This document shows positions 1 through 9,771 of a stretch of DNA of 64,000 nucleotides, piece after piece. The notes under the pieces are model-generated. The model had not been told where the DNA came from. It saw nothing but the letters and a program-made list of their open reading frames with translations, and did not search any database. Source of the DNA: Anaerohalosphaeraceae bacterium. GTDB taxonomy: Bacteria; Planctomycetota; Phycisphaerae; Sedimentisphaerales; Anaerohalosphaeraceae. Position 1 is the first letter of the stretch. Each line of letters opens with the position of its first letter. The translations under genes were made by a program, and so were the position numbers. Location of the stretch: NCBI GenBank assembly GCA_050309605.1, contig JBNRMN010000001.1, forward strand, positions 1 through 64,000, written 5' to 3'.

Positions 1-1
1 A

Positions 2-664
2 GGCACGACGGACGGCGGCGACTGGCATGCCGGCGGGTGGTCGGTCGGACGCGGGCTGTACGCCGGCAGCCACACCGACCGGGCTTATGGGTTCATCGAT
101 GAGGTGCGCATCAGCGATACCGCGCTGAGTCAGGAAGAGCTGCTGATAGCCGACTCAGGCTCGCAGCCGGCGCGAATTCAAATGGAACCTGTTCCCGTGA
201 TCGTGGACGAAGAAGGGCCGACATCCGCTGATGTCTTCATCGGCCTGCTTGATCAGCCGCAGGCGGACGTCCGGATTGAATTCGATGAGCCGGCCCATGT
301 CAAACAGGTCGTGCTGGATCGTAGCGAGCTGATCTTTACCCCCGCCGACTGGGATGTGCCGCAGGCGATTCGCATCACGGCCATCGACGACGATCTTCTC
401 GAAAACGCCGAACATCGCACCTGGTTGACGATCAATGTATCCAGTGCGGACGCCGCTTATGAGGGACTGGCGGCAGGCCCCATTGAGGTCGTCATTGTGG
501 ACAATGAATGCGGCGCGTGGGGATACGCCTCGGCGGATTTGAATCAGGATTGCCGTGTCGATCTGGCCGACGTGGCGCTGCTGGCCCAATGGTGGCTGGC
601 CTGTACGGTCCCGGAAGATCCGTCCTGCGACCGTTTTGATCCTGAATCGATGCAACCGTTCTAA
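2..664 (+). CDS. 5'-truncated secreted multidomain protein (end of LamG-like domain, Calx-beta/Ig-like domain, C-terminal dockerin-like module)
   Basis: Frame is open from the window start (…GWSVGRG…YGFIDEVRISD, LamG-type end); LIFTPADWDVPQAIRITAIDD is a Calx-beta-like motif; C-terminal CGAWGYASADLNQDCRVDLADVALLAQWWL. Confidence 0.8.
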   Translation, partial: GTTDGGDWHAGGWSVGRGLYAGSHTDRAYGFIDEVRISDTALSQEELLIADSGSQPARIQMEPVPVIVDEEGPTSADVFIGLLDQPQADVRIEFDEPAHVKQVVLDRSELIFTPADWDVPQAIRITAIDDDLLENAEHRTWLTINVSSADAAYEGLAAGPIEVVIVDNECGAWGYASADLNQDCRVDLADVALLAQWWLACTVPEDPSCDRFDPESMQPF

Positions 665-686
665 ACGTCCAATGGAAGGCCCAAGA

Positions 687-3600
687 ATGACAGTCAGCAA
701 CATACAGTATTTGGTCTTGATGTGCCTGGGGATGATCGGTCTGGTCGATCTCGGTCAGGCCGCCTGGTCGATGAAAGATGGTCGGATGATGACGCCCTGG
801 GCCGCGCAGGTGGACCCAGCCGCTCCGCTGCCGGAGTACCCTCGCCCGCAGATGGTGCGTCAGCAGTGGCTTAATCTCAACGGCATCTGGCAGTTTCAGC
901 CCGGTCTGGCAGGCGATGAAGTTCCCTTCAATCAGACGTTGGCCGATGAAATCCTGGTGCCTTTTCCCGTTGAATCGGCCCTCTCCGGCGTGATGGAGCA
1001 CCATGACCGTTTGTGGTATCGGCGGTTGTTCGACGTGCCGACTGACTGGAACGGACAGCGCGTCCTGCTGCATTTCGGCGCGGTGGACTGGGAGGCCGAG
1101 GTGTACGTCAACGGGACAAGTCTCGGCCTTCATCGCGGCGGCTACGATGCGTTTTCCTATGATATTACCGATTATCTGCTGTCCGGCGGTCCGCAGGAAC
1201 TAATCGTGCGTGTCTTTGACCCCACCAATACGCAGGCCATCGCCTGCGGCAAGCAGGATCTGAATCCCCACGGCATCTGGTACACCCCGGTCACCGGCAT
1301 CTGGCAGACCGTCTGGCTGGAACCGGTGCCCGAGGACGCTATCGAATCTGTTACACTGACGCCCGATATGGATAACAACCGTCTGATCGTTGACGTCGAT
1401 GTGTCCGATTCCGCCCATACCCTGCTGGTTCGGGCTATCGCCTATGACAACGGCCAGCCGGTCGGACAGGTCAGCGGCCCGGCGGGTCAGCCGATGCATC
1501 TGATGCTGCGCAATGCCCGCCTCTGGTCGCCGGACGATCCGTTTCTGTACGATCTGAAGGTCGCAGTGCTGCGCGATGGCGCAGTCGTCGATCAGGTGGA
1601 CAGCTATTTCGGTATGCGCAAAATTGAGGTCAAGCCCATCAACGGGGTCAATCGAATCTGCCTGAACGATGAGTTTATCTTTCAGATCGGCCCGCTGGAT
1701 CAAGGCTACTGGCCCGACGGCATCTACACCGCGCCGACCGATGACGCCCTCAGGTGGGATCTGGAGATGACCAAGGCTTTCGGCTTTAATATGACGCGAA
1801 AGCACGTCAAAATCGAACCGGCGCGATGGTATTACTGGGCCGACAAACTGGGCCTGCTGGTCTGGCAGGATATGCCGAGTATGCGCAACTCCGGTACGTG
1901 GCAGGATCGTATGCAGTTTGAGCACGAACTGCACCAAATGATCAAACAGCACCGCAATCATCCGTCAATCGTTCTCTGGGTGGTATTCAATGAAGGGTGG
2001 GGGCAGTACGATACCGTGCGTCTGACCGAGTCGGTTATGGCGCTGGATCCGTCGCGGCTGGTGACTTGTGCCAGCGGCTGGCATGACGCCGATGTCGGGC
2101 ACATCCTTGACCACCACAGCTACCCGCACCCGGCCGCACCGGCCCCCACGCCGACCCGCGCGGCGGTCTGCGGCGAGTACGGCGGTATCGGAATGCGCGT
2201 CGAGGGCCATATGTGGGATCCGGATTCGTGGGGCTATACAATGGTTGATAACGGCGATGCGCTGGCGTCTTTGTATGACGCTTATATCCAGCAGGTGCTG
2301 TCGTATCAAGACAGTCCCGGCCTCAGCGCCGCGGTCTATACCCAGATTACGGATGTGGAAGTCGAGATCAACGGTCTGATCACGTACGACCGTCACGTCA
2401 TCAAGCCGGACGTTGATCGAATAGCTCGATCCAGCCGGATGCACCCGCGCACGTGGCAGACCGTCCTTGCCACGTCCGAACAAACGCCGCAAACCTGGCG
2501 CTATACGACCGAGCAGCCGACCGCAGGCTGGCAGGAGCCGGACTTTGACGACAGCGGCTGGCCGGCCGGCCCCGGCGGTTTCGGCACGCACGGCACACCC
2601 GGCGCCGTCGTCACTACCGTCTGGGACACCGCGGACATCTGGCTTCGCCAAACGTTCAACCCCGGCCCCATCGCCCCCGAAGATCTCGACAAGCTGGTGT
2701 TTCGGCTTCACCACGACGAGGACGCCGAGATTTATATCAATGGCGTGTTGGCCGCGTCGGTGTCGGGCTATACCACTGCGTATGTGCATCTGCCCGTCAG
2801 CCCGGCAGGTCAGGCCGCACTGATGCCCAACCAAACGAATCTGATCGCCGTCCATTGCCGCCAGACAATCGGCGGCCAATACATCGACGTCGGTTTGAAA
2901 CTGGAATTTATCGAAGGCGACGACGACTCGTGCGGCCCGTGGGGCTTTGCCCCCGCTGACCTCAACCGCGACTGTCGGGTGGATATGCTCGATCTGGCCG
3001 AGATGATGCAGCAATGGCTGGACTGTTCGATGCCGCTTCCGGAATGCACCCGCTACAACGCCCCCTTGGATTATGAGATTGTGCTGCGGTGGGATGATGA
3101 CAGTGAACGTGAGGTGTTTCGTCCGTCCGACGGCGGAGTGTGGTATCCAAGGTTGTTGATTCTTGATGACGGCTCGTGGCTGTGCGCGTATGACACAAAT
3201 GATGATTCGCCAACCACCTATATTCGTGTTTCGACAAGCAGCGATGCGGGAAATTCATGGTCGTATTTGTCCCGTGCTTCCTTTGGAACGGGCAACGCGG
3301 CGAATGCTGAACTGATTCAACTGGCCAACGGGGATGTGTTATGTGCCTATCGGCTCGTCAGCGGCACAACCAAGACGCTGAAGGTCTCTCGCAGCGGCAA
3401 TCGAGGGGCCACGTGGGAACATTGGTCCGATATTGTCAGCAACACCGAAGGGGTGTGGGAGCCGCAGATGATCCAAAAAGACAACGGCCAATTGCTGGTG
3501 TTTTATGCACAGGAAGCCGGCGCTGCGGGAACCGATCAGGTCATTGAGATGCAGCGCTCGGATGATCATGGCCGTTCGTGGCATTCACCGCAGGTCATTT

Positions 3601-4085
3601 CCCGCACACCCGGTTCGCGCGATGGAATGCCGGTGGCGACGATTCTGGCCAATGGCGACATGCTGCTCGTACTGGAAGGCCACGATATCCATCGGAACGG
3701 CCAGTTCGTGACCTGGTCGATTCGCAGTCAGGACGGCGGGGCGACGTGGGGGCCGCGCCAGTTGGTCTATGCGCCGCTCAATGTCTCTCGTCGCGCCGTG
3801 GCTCCCTATATCACGGCCGTACCGAACGGCCCGGTTTTTGTGTCGTTTCAGACCGATGAAGGTCCGGACGGGATGATGAAACTCGGCGTGGTCAGCAGTG
3901 CCGACGGCGGATTGACCTGGGCTGTTCAACCCAAGCCGTTTGCCCGAAATCTCAGCGAATCGTACCGGTGGAATTCACTGATGGCCGAGTCGCCGAATGT
4001 CCTGGTCGCCGCGGCCAGCACATCGGGCGCAGGCCGACCCGCGATTAAGATCATCAAAGGCACAATCCGAACGGTACCGCAATAA
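687..4085 (+). CDS. Secreted glycoside hydrolase family 2 with internal dockerin-like module and C-terminal BNR/Asp-box beta-propeller
   Basis: Signal peptide; GH2 motifs YPRPQM, LHFGAVDW, GPLDQGYWPDG, RKHVK, NHPSIVLWVVFNEGWG, GEYGG; five Asp-boxes (e.g. SSDAGNSW, SDDHGRSW, SQDGGATW); start placed at ATG 687 after GGAAGG. Confidence 0.9.
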   Translation: MTVSNIQYLVLMCLGMIGLVDLGQAAWSMKDGRMMTPWAAQVDPAAPLPEYPRPQMVRQQWLNLNGIWQFQPGLAGDEVPFNQTLADEILVPFPVESALSGVMEHHDRLWYRRLFDVPTDWNGQRVLLHFGAVDWEAEVYVNGTSLGLHRGGYDAFSYDITDYLLSGGPQELIVRVFDPTNTQAIACGKQDLNPHGIWYTPVTGIWQTVWLEPVPEDAIESVTLTPDMDNNRLIVDVDVSDSAHTLLVRAIAYDNGQPVGQVSGPAGQPMHLMLRNARLWSPDDPFLYDLKVAVLRDGAVVDQVDSYFGMRKIEVKPINGVNRICLNDEFIFQIGPLDQGYWPDGIYTAPTDDALRWDLEMTKAFGFNMTRKHVKIEPARWYYWADKLGLLVWQDMPSMRNSGTWQDRMQFEHELHQMIKQHRNHPSIVLWVVFNEGWGQYDTVRLTESVMALDPSRLVTCASGWHDADVGHILDHHSYPHPAAPAPTPTRAAVCGEYGGIGMRVEGHMWDPDSWGYTMVDNGDALASLYDAYIQQVLSYQDSPGLSAAVYTQITDVEVEINGLITYDRHVIKPDVDRIARSSRMHPRTWQTVLATSEQTPQTWRYTTEQPTAGWQEPDFDDSGWPAGPGGFGTHGTPGAVVTTVWDTADIWLRQTFNPGPIAPEDLDKLVFRLHHDEDAEIYINGVLAASVSGYTTAYVHLPVSPAGQAALMPNQTNLIAVHCRQTIGGQYIDVGLKLEFIEGDDDSCGPWGFAPADLNRDCRVDMLDLAEMMQQWLDCSMPLPECTRYNAPLDYEIVLRWDDDSEREVFRPSDGGVWYPRLLILDDGSWLCAYDTNDDSPTTYIRVSTSSDAGNSWSYLSRASFGTGNAANAELIQLANGDVLCAYRLVSGTTKTLKVSRSGNRGATWEHWSDIVSNTEGVWEPQMIQKDNGQLLVFYAQEAGAAGTDQVIEMQRSDDHGRSWHSPQVISRTPGSRDGMPVATILANGDMLLVLEGHDIHRNGQFVTWSIRSQDGGATWGPRQLVYAPLNVSRRAVAPYITAVPNGPVFVSFQTDEGPDGMMKLGVVSSADGGLTWAVQPKPFARNLSESYRWNSLMAESPNVLVAAASTSGAGRPAIKIIKGTIRTVPQ

Positions 4086-4125
4086 GAGACGTTTTCGGGC
4101 TGATGATCTTTGCACGTTTGAGCAC

Positions 4126-4255
4126 CACCATTCATCACCATTCATCACCGTTCGTCACTATTAACTCATCCATTGACCAGGACGGCGCCTTCAAGCCCAG
4201 CGTGCAGATGCGCAGAGTCGATTGATTATTGACGGTTGGCTATTGATTATTGGGC
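4126..4255. repeat. Short degenerate tandem repeats (10-mer TTCATCACCA-like x3; 7-mer ATTGATT-like x5)
   Basis: Read directly at 4126-4162 and 4221-4255. Confidence 0.6.
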
Positions 4256-4313
4256 GGCGGATGGTAGGATAAAGCGGTAATTGATTCTTGTTTTTGAGTT
4301 TTATGGAGATTTT

Positions 4314-7300
4314 ATGGAAGGATTTGTACACCTTCATTTGCATACGCAATATTCCCTGTTGGACGGCGCGATTCCGGCCGAGCGCCTCTTTAACCGCTGC
4401 AAGGAGCTGGGGATGGACTCGGCGGCGATCACGGATCACGGCAATCTGTTCGGTGCGGTCGATTTTTACATCAAGGCCAAGGCCGCCGGCATCAAGCCCA
4501 TTTTGGGGATGGAGGCCTACATCGCCCCGGAGAGCCGCTTTGAACGGCAAAAAGGCGGCGGCGTCAAAGAAAACGCCTATCATCTGCTGCTGTTGGCCGA
4601 AAATCTGACCGGCTATCGCAACTTAATGAAGCTCAGCAGCTTAGGTTACATCGAGGGCTTCTATTATCGCCCGCGCATCGACAAGGAGCTGCTGGCCGAG
4701 CTGAACGAAGGGCTGATCTGCTCGACCGCCTGCATCGCCGGTGAAGTGCCGGCCGCACTCAAGCGGCATGATGTGGCCGCGGCTGAAAAAGCGGTTGATG
4801 AATATCTCAAAATTTTCGGCCCCGACCGCTTTTTTCTCGAAATTCAGCAGCACGACGGCGACGACAGTCCTCACGTTCGTCCGATGATGATTGATCTGGC
4901 CCGACGCAAAGGCGTCGGTCTGGTGGCCACCAATGATGTGCATTTCCTCAATGCCGAGGACTTCGAGGCCCACGGCGCTTTGTGCTGCATCAGCACCGGC
5001 AAAAAAATCACCGATCCGGACCGAATGGTCTATCCGCCCAGCGTCTATCTGAAAAGTCCCGACGAAATGCGCTCGATGTTTACCGATGTGCCCGAAGCGT
5101 GCGACAACACCCTGCGGATTGCCGAGCGCTGCAACGTCGAATTGGATTTGACCAGTCGCCATGCGCCGGTCTTTACACCCGACAACGGCCAAACCGCCGA
5201 GGATTATCTGCGCGATTTGGTCTATCAGGGCGCCAACAAACTGTACGGTAAAATCACCGATCCCATCCGCGAACGCATCGAGCGCGAACTGGAGGTCATT
5301 ATCGGCAAGGGCTTTGCCAGTTATTTTTTAATTGTCTGGGATGTGTGCAACTATGCCCGCGGCAACCACATCCCCGTCGGTGCCAGAGGCAGCGCCGTCG
5401 GCACGGTCGTGGGCTATTGCCTGGGCATCTGCGATGTCGATCCGATTCATTACGATTTGCTGTTTGAACGGTTTATGGACCCGGAACGAAACGAAATGCC
5501 CGATATCGACATTGACATCTGTCAGGACAGCCGCCCGCGGACGCTCGAATATGTTCGCAAAAAATACGGCCAGATCGCCCAGATCATCACCTTCGGCACG
5601 ATGAAGGCCAAGGCCGTCATCCGCGACGTCTGTCGCGTGCTGGATGTGCCGCTGGCCGAGGCCGACCGCCTGGCCAAGCTGGTGCCCAATGAACTGAAAA
5701 TGACTCTCGACAAGGCGCTTCAGGTCGAGCCGGACTTGAAAAGGGCCTACGACGAAAACGAACAGACCCGCCGCGTCATTGACATCGGTCGCCGTCTCGA
5801 AGGGCTGGCCCGTCATGCCTCGGTACACGCCTGCGGCGTTGTCATTGCCGATGAACCGCTGACCCACTTCCTGCCGCTGTACAAGCAGGCCAACTCCGAC
5901 GACATCATCACCCAGTTCGAAGGCCCGACGGTCGAAAAGGTCGGTTTGCTGAAGATGGATTTTCTGGGACTTAAGACGCTCAGCATCATCCAGCGGGCGC
6001 TGGATTTAATCAAAGACGTCCACGGCAAGACCATCGACATCGAAAAAATCGACATCACCGATCAGACCGTATTTCGCGATATCTTCGGCGCCGGCCGCAC
6101 CAAGGGGGTTTTCCAGTTTGAATCCGGCGGGATGCAGGATTTGCTGATGAAACTTCGCCCCGACCGGCTGGAAGATCTCATCGCCGCCAACGCCCTCTAT
6201 CGCCCCGGCCCGATGGCACTGATCCCCGACTACATCGACCGCAAGCACGGCGCCAAATGGGACGTGCCGCACCCGATTATGCGCGAGGTGCTTGAAGAGA
6301 CCTTCGGCATTATGGTCTATCAGGAGCAGGTGATGCGGATCTGCAATCGGCTGGGCGACATCCCGCTGCGTCAGGCCTATGCCCTGATTAAAGCCATCGG
6401 CAAAAAGAAGCTGGATGTGATTGCCGCCGAGAAGAAACGGTTTGTTGAAGGCTGTATTAAAAAAGGCCTCAAGAAACAACAGGCCGAAGAAATCTTCGAC
6501 CTGATCGAAAAATTCGCCGGCTACGGTTTTAACAAAAGCCATGCCACCCGCTACTCATTTGTCGCCTACCAGACCGCCTGGCTGAAGGCCTATTATCCGG
6601 TCGAATACATGGCCGCCTTGCTGACCTATGAAATGGGAAACACCGACAAGGTCGTCGAATACATCGGCGAATGCCGCGAGATGGGCATAGACGTGCTGCC
6701 GCCGGACATCAACGACAGTTTTGTCGATTTTACCGTCATCTATGATCGTGAGCACGGCCGACAGGACAAAAAAGGTGTTATCCGTTTCGGACTGGCCGCG
6801 GTCAAAGGCGTCGGTGAAAAGGCCGTCGAACAGATCATCGCCGCGCGGGAAAAAATCGGACGATTCAAAAATCTGTTTCATTTCTGCGAGAACGTCGATC
6901 TGCGTGCGGTCAACAAACAGGTGCTCGAAGCGCTCATCAAGGCCGGTGCGTTTGATAATCTCGGCGGAAGCCGCGCCCAGATGACGGCTGGACTGGAATC
7001 GGCGATGCAGGTCGGCGCATCAATGCAGGCCGACGCCCAGAGCGGCCAGATGAATTTCTTTGCCGCCGGTTTGGGTCAGGACGATGACAGCGCCGCGCCC
7101 GCGCTGCCCGATGTGCCCGCCTGGCCGGAAACACAGATGCTGACCTATGAAAAAGAGGTGCTCGGCTTTTATGTCACCAGCAATCCGCTCAGCAAGCATG
7201 CCGATCTGATTGACGCTTATTCGACGCTGCACACCAGTCAGCTCAGCGCCAAACACGAAGGCCGTGAAATCGTCATCGGCGGGATGATCACAAAAATCCG

Positions 7301-7778
7301 CAACATCGTCACCAAAAACGGACGCAACGCCGGCGCCAAAATGGCGGTCCTTGAACTGGAAGATTTGCAGGGCAAATGCGAGGTGGTCCTGTTTCCCAAG
7401 ACGCTCGAAAAATTCGGGCATTTAATGGAAGTGGACAAAATCGTCTTCGTCCGCGGCAAGGTCGATTGCAAACGCGAAACGCCCAATCTGCTTTGTGAAG
7501 AGCTGTACGCCCTGGAAGAGGTGACCGACAAACTGGCCGCGCGGGTCTGGATTCGCCTGCTGTCGCTGAACATCACCGAGGAAAAGATCGGCCAGATCGC
7601 CTCGCTGTGCCGAAGCCATCGCGGCAAAAGCCCCGTTCAAATCAGCCTCCAGACCGCCGGCGGATGGCGAATCATCGCCGTGGCCGACAAAAGCCTCAGC
7701 GTGCGGGCCGATGTGGATTTCTGCAGAAAAATCGGCGCCGTCGTCGGCCGTGAAAACGTCGAACTGATGCGCAACTGA
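4314..7778 (+). CDS. dnaE: DNA polymerase III subunit alpha
   Basis: PHP HLHLHTQYSLLDG and AITDHGNLFG; RGSAVG; catalytic MPDIDID; FAGYGFNKSHA; C-terminal OB fold. Confidence 0.98.
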   Translation: MEGFVHLHLHTQYSLLDGAIPAERLFNRCKELGMDSAAITDHGNLFGAVDFYIKAKAAGIKPILGMEAYIAPESRFERQKGGGVKENAYHLLLLAENLTGYRNLMKLSSLGYIEGFYYRPRIDKELLAELNEGLICSTACIAGEVPAALKRHDVAAAEKAVDEYLKIFGPDRFFLEIQQHDGDDSPHVRPMMIDLARRKGVGLVATNDVHFLNAEDFEAHGALCCISTGKKITDPDRMVYPPSVYLKSPDEMRSMFTDVPEACDNTLRIAERCNVELDLTSRHAPVFTPDNGQTAEDYLRDLVYQGANKLYGKITDPIRERIERELEVIIGKGFASYFLIVWDVCNYARGNHIPVGARGSAVGTVVGYCLGICDVDPIHYDLLFERFMDPERNEMPDIDIDICQDSRPRTLEYVRKKYGQIAQIITFGTMKAKAVIRDVCRVLDVPLAEADRLAKLVPNELKMTLDKALQVEPDLKRAYDENEQTRRVIDIGRRLEGLARHASVHACGVVIADEPLTHFLPLYKQANSDDIITQFEGPTVEKVGLLKMDFLGLKTLSIIQRALDLIKDVHGKTIDIEKIDITDQTVFRDIFGAGRTKGVFQFESGGMQDLLMKLRPDRLEDLIAANALYRPGPMALIPDYIDRKHGAKWDVPHPIMREVLEETFGIMVYQEQVMRICNRLGDIPLRQAYALIKAIGKKKLDVIAAEKKRFVEGCIKKGLKKQQAEEIFDLIEKFAGYGFNKSHATRYSFVAYQTAWLKAYYPVEYMAALLTYEMGNTDKVVEYIGECREMGIDVLPPDINDSFVDFTVIYDREHGRQDKKGVIRFGLAAVKGVGEKAVEQIIAAREKIGRFKNLFHFCENVDLRAVNKQVLEALIKAGAFDNLGGSRAQMTAGLESAMQVGASMQADAQSGQMNFFAAGLGQDDDSAAPALPDVPAWPETQMLTYEKEVLGFYVTSNPLSKHADLIDAYSTLHTSQLSAKHEGREIVIGGMITKIRNIVTKNGRNAGAKMAVLELEDLQGKCEVVLFPKTLEKFGHLMEVDKIVFVRGKVDCKRETPNLLCEELYALEEVTDKLAARVWIRLLSLNITEEKIGQIASLCRSHRGKSPVQISLQTAGGWRIIAVADKSLSVRADVDFCRKIGAVVGRENVELMRN

Positions 7779-7884
7779 AAACCCATGACGGTGTAAGTCG
7801 CAGCCTATTCCCATTATGAGTACGACAGCGAAGGTTTATAATGAATTAACATAAAACCTTTTTTAGTAATGAGTTATATTAAAT

Positions 7885-8038
7885 ATCAAAAAGCAAAATC
7901 AAAACGAATCGTTGCCAGAAAGCGTGCCCGTTCAGGCGACCTTGCCGATTTACGGCACCGATGTGGATAATCCGCCGGCACTTTGCTTTTTTTGAATTTT
8001 GATGTGTGATTTTGTATTTTGATTTTTAATCTTTGATT
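7885..8038. repeat. Inverted pair of degenerate heptamer tracts (ATCAAAA / TTTTGAT)
   Basis: atcaaaaagcaaaatcaaaa at ~7885-7904 and ttttgaattttgatgtgtgattttgtattttgatttttaatctttgat at ~7990-8037. Confidence 0.55.
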
Positions 8039-8090
8039 TCGCGACATTAACGCGGATTCTCAGCATACATTGCGCTGGAGCGGTGAGCGT

Positions 8091-8119
8091 TTGATTTTTA
8101 TCTAACTTTCTGGTATAAT
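8091..8119 (+). promoter_or_regulatory. sigma70-type promoter of the terminase-like gene
   Basis: TTGATT-17 nt-TATAAT with extended -10 TG; AAAGGAG RBS at 8217-8223. Confidence 0.7.
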
Positions 8120-8230
8120 ACCCGCCGGTTCGGGGGCGAACCGATGTGTTTGTCCTTGAAAAAGGTGTAAAAGGAGCAGTATTGCCGGCATCTTGCCGGT
8201 CAATCAACCCACACAGAAAGGAGCAGCCCG

Positions 8231-9721
8231 ATGTCAACACAAGCCGTACCCCTTGTCGATCCTACCGTTTCTGCCGCTTCGGAGGTCTGGAAGCGATTGC
8301 GTCAGCACCGGCCAACCACACGTCGGCAACTATGGCACTATATGCGAGTCTTTTTCAAGCTGTCCGTGCCGAATAGCCGCATCTGTCCGGGCCACAGCAG
8401 CCCGATGGATTATCTCTGGCACACCTACAACGCCGATTTTGCCGCCTTGCCTCCGGCCAACGGGGATTGTCTGGTCTGGGCCAATCGCGGCGGCGGCAAG
8501 ACACAGCTGGCCGCTGTCGCCACCGTGCTGGAAGGCTTGTTTAAGCCCGCCTGCCAAACCCGGATGCTGGCCGGTTCGCTTGATCAGGCCCATCGTATGT
8601 ATGATTACTTCGTTGCGTTTGTGCAATCCGGCTTTGAAGATTGTCTTGACGGCAGACTGTTGGCGCAATCCTGCCGATTCCAAAACGGCGCGACTGTCGA
8701 AGTCTTGCCGCAGTCGGCTGCGGCCATTCGCGGACGGCACATCCACAAACTCCGCTGCGACGAAATGGAACTGCTTGATGATGAGCTGCTGGCGGCGGCT
8801 CAATTTGTCACCCGCAGCGACCGCGGGCTGCACGGGGCGATGGAGATGTTCAGCACGATGCATCGTCCCTACGGCCTGATGCAGCGCCTCGTGGAACAAG
8901 CCGAGCGCATCGGTATGCCGATGTTTCGCTGGTGCGTCTGGGAAGTTATCGAACACTGTCCGCCGGAGCGAAGCTGCAGCCGCTGCCCGCTGTCTGAAGA
9001 CTGTCGCGGCGTTGCCCGTCGGGCCGACGGTTATCTGGCCATTGACGACTGCATCAGTCAAATGCGCCGTTCCAGCCGGGCGGGGTTTGAGGCCGAGATG
9101 CTTTGCCTGCGGCCCAGCCTTGAAAACGCCGTCTTTGCCGAATTTGATCCAAATGTACACGTGGCACGAGTGGACTACCAATCGACACGACCGCTGTATC
9201 GCGCGATTGATTTCGGGTTTGTCAATCCATTTGTGTGCCTTTGGATTCAGACCGATGAAGATGGCCGTGTGTTTGTGATCGATGAATATGTCCGCCGCCG
9301 CAAAACCATCGCCGAGCACGCCGCTTATATCAAGACGCACACACCCTGCGCCGAAGTGCAGGTCGCCGGCACGTTTTGCGATCCGGCAGGGGCCGGACGC
9401 AGCGACATCACCGGCACCGCCGCCGTTCACGAATTGGCCGCTGCCGGCATCCGTGCGACCTGGCGCAAAAGCCGCATCCTGGAAGGCATTGAAAAGATCC
9501 GCGTGGCGCTGCGCAGCGGAGACGGAACCCGCCGCCTGATCATCGCGCCGCGCTGTGCGCGCCTGATCGAGGCGCTGCGGTGCTACCATTATCCGGCGGT
9601 CCATACCGGCCTAACGGAACTGCCCGAAAAAGACGGTCTGTATGATCATCCCATCGACGCGCTGCGCTATTTCTTCGTCAATATCGCCCGTGCCGCGCCG
9701 CCTCACAGGAGCCGCTACTAA
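8231..9721 (+). CDS. Phage-type terminase large subunit (ATPase plus RNase H-like nuclease), solitary
   Basis: Walker A WANRGGGKT; FQNGATVEV..AIRG; Walker B LRCDEM; motif III FST; nuclease AIDFGFVNPF, VIDEY, FCDPAG, DHPIDALRY. Confidence 0.88.
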   Translation: MSTQAVPLVDPTVSAASEVWKRLRQHRPTTRRQLWHYMRVFFKLSVPNSRICPGHSSPMDYLWHTYNADFAALPPANGDCLVWANRGGGKTQLAAVATVLEGLFKPACQTRMLAGSLDQAHRMYDYFVAFVQSGFEDCLDGRLLAQSCRFQNGATVEVLPQSAAAIRGRHIHKLRCDEMELLDDELLAAAQFVTRSDRGLHGAMEMFSTMHRPYGLMQRLVEQAERIGMPMFRWCVWEVIEHCPPERSCSRCPLSEDCRGVARRADGYLAIDDCISQMRRSSRAGFEAEMLCLRPSLENAVFAEFDPNVHVARVDYQSTRPLYRAIDFGFVNPFVCLWIQTDEDGRVFVIDEYVRRRKTIAEHAAYIKTHTPCAEVQVAGTFCDPAGAGRSDITGTAAVHELAAAGIRATWRKSRILEGIEKIRVALRSGDGTRRLIIAPRCARLIEALRCYHYPAVHTGLTELPEKDGLYDHPIDALRYFFVNIARAAPPHRSRY

Positions 9722-9771
9722 GAACAAGCCAACCGGCCTGTTCGGTGTGTTAACAGGGCAAGTCCCGTTGT

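Noticed and set aside
4314..7778. Intein or split in DnaE
   Set aside because: Length (~1150 aa) and motif order are normal; no intein signatures seen
7962..7970. Perfect DnaA box (TGTGGATAA) between dnaE and the terminase gene
   Set aside because: A single 9-mer can easily occur by chance in 64 kb; no neighbouring boxes seen
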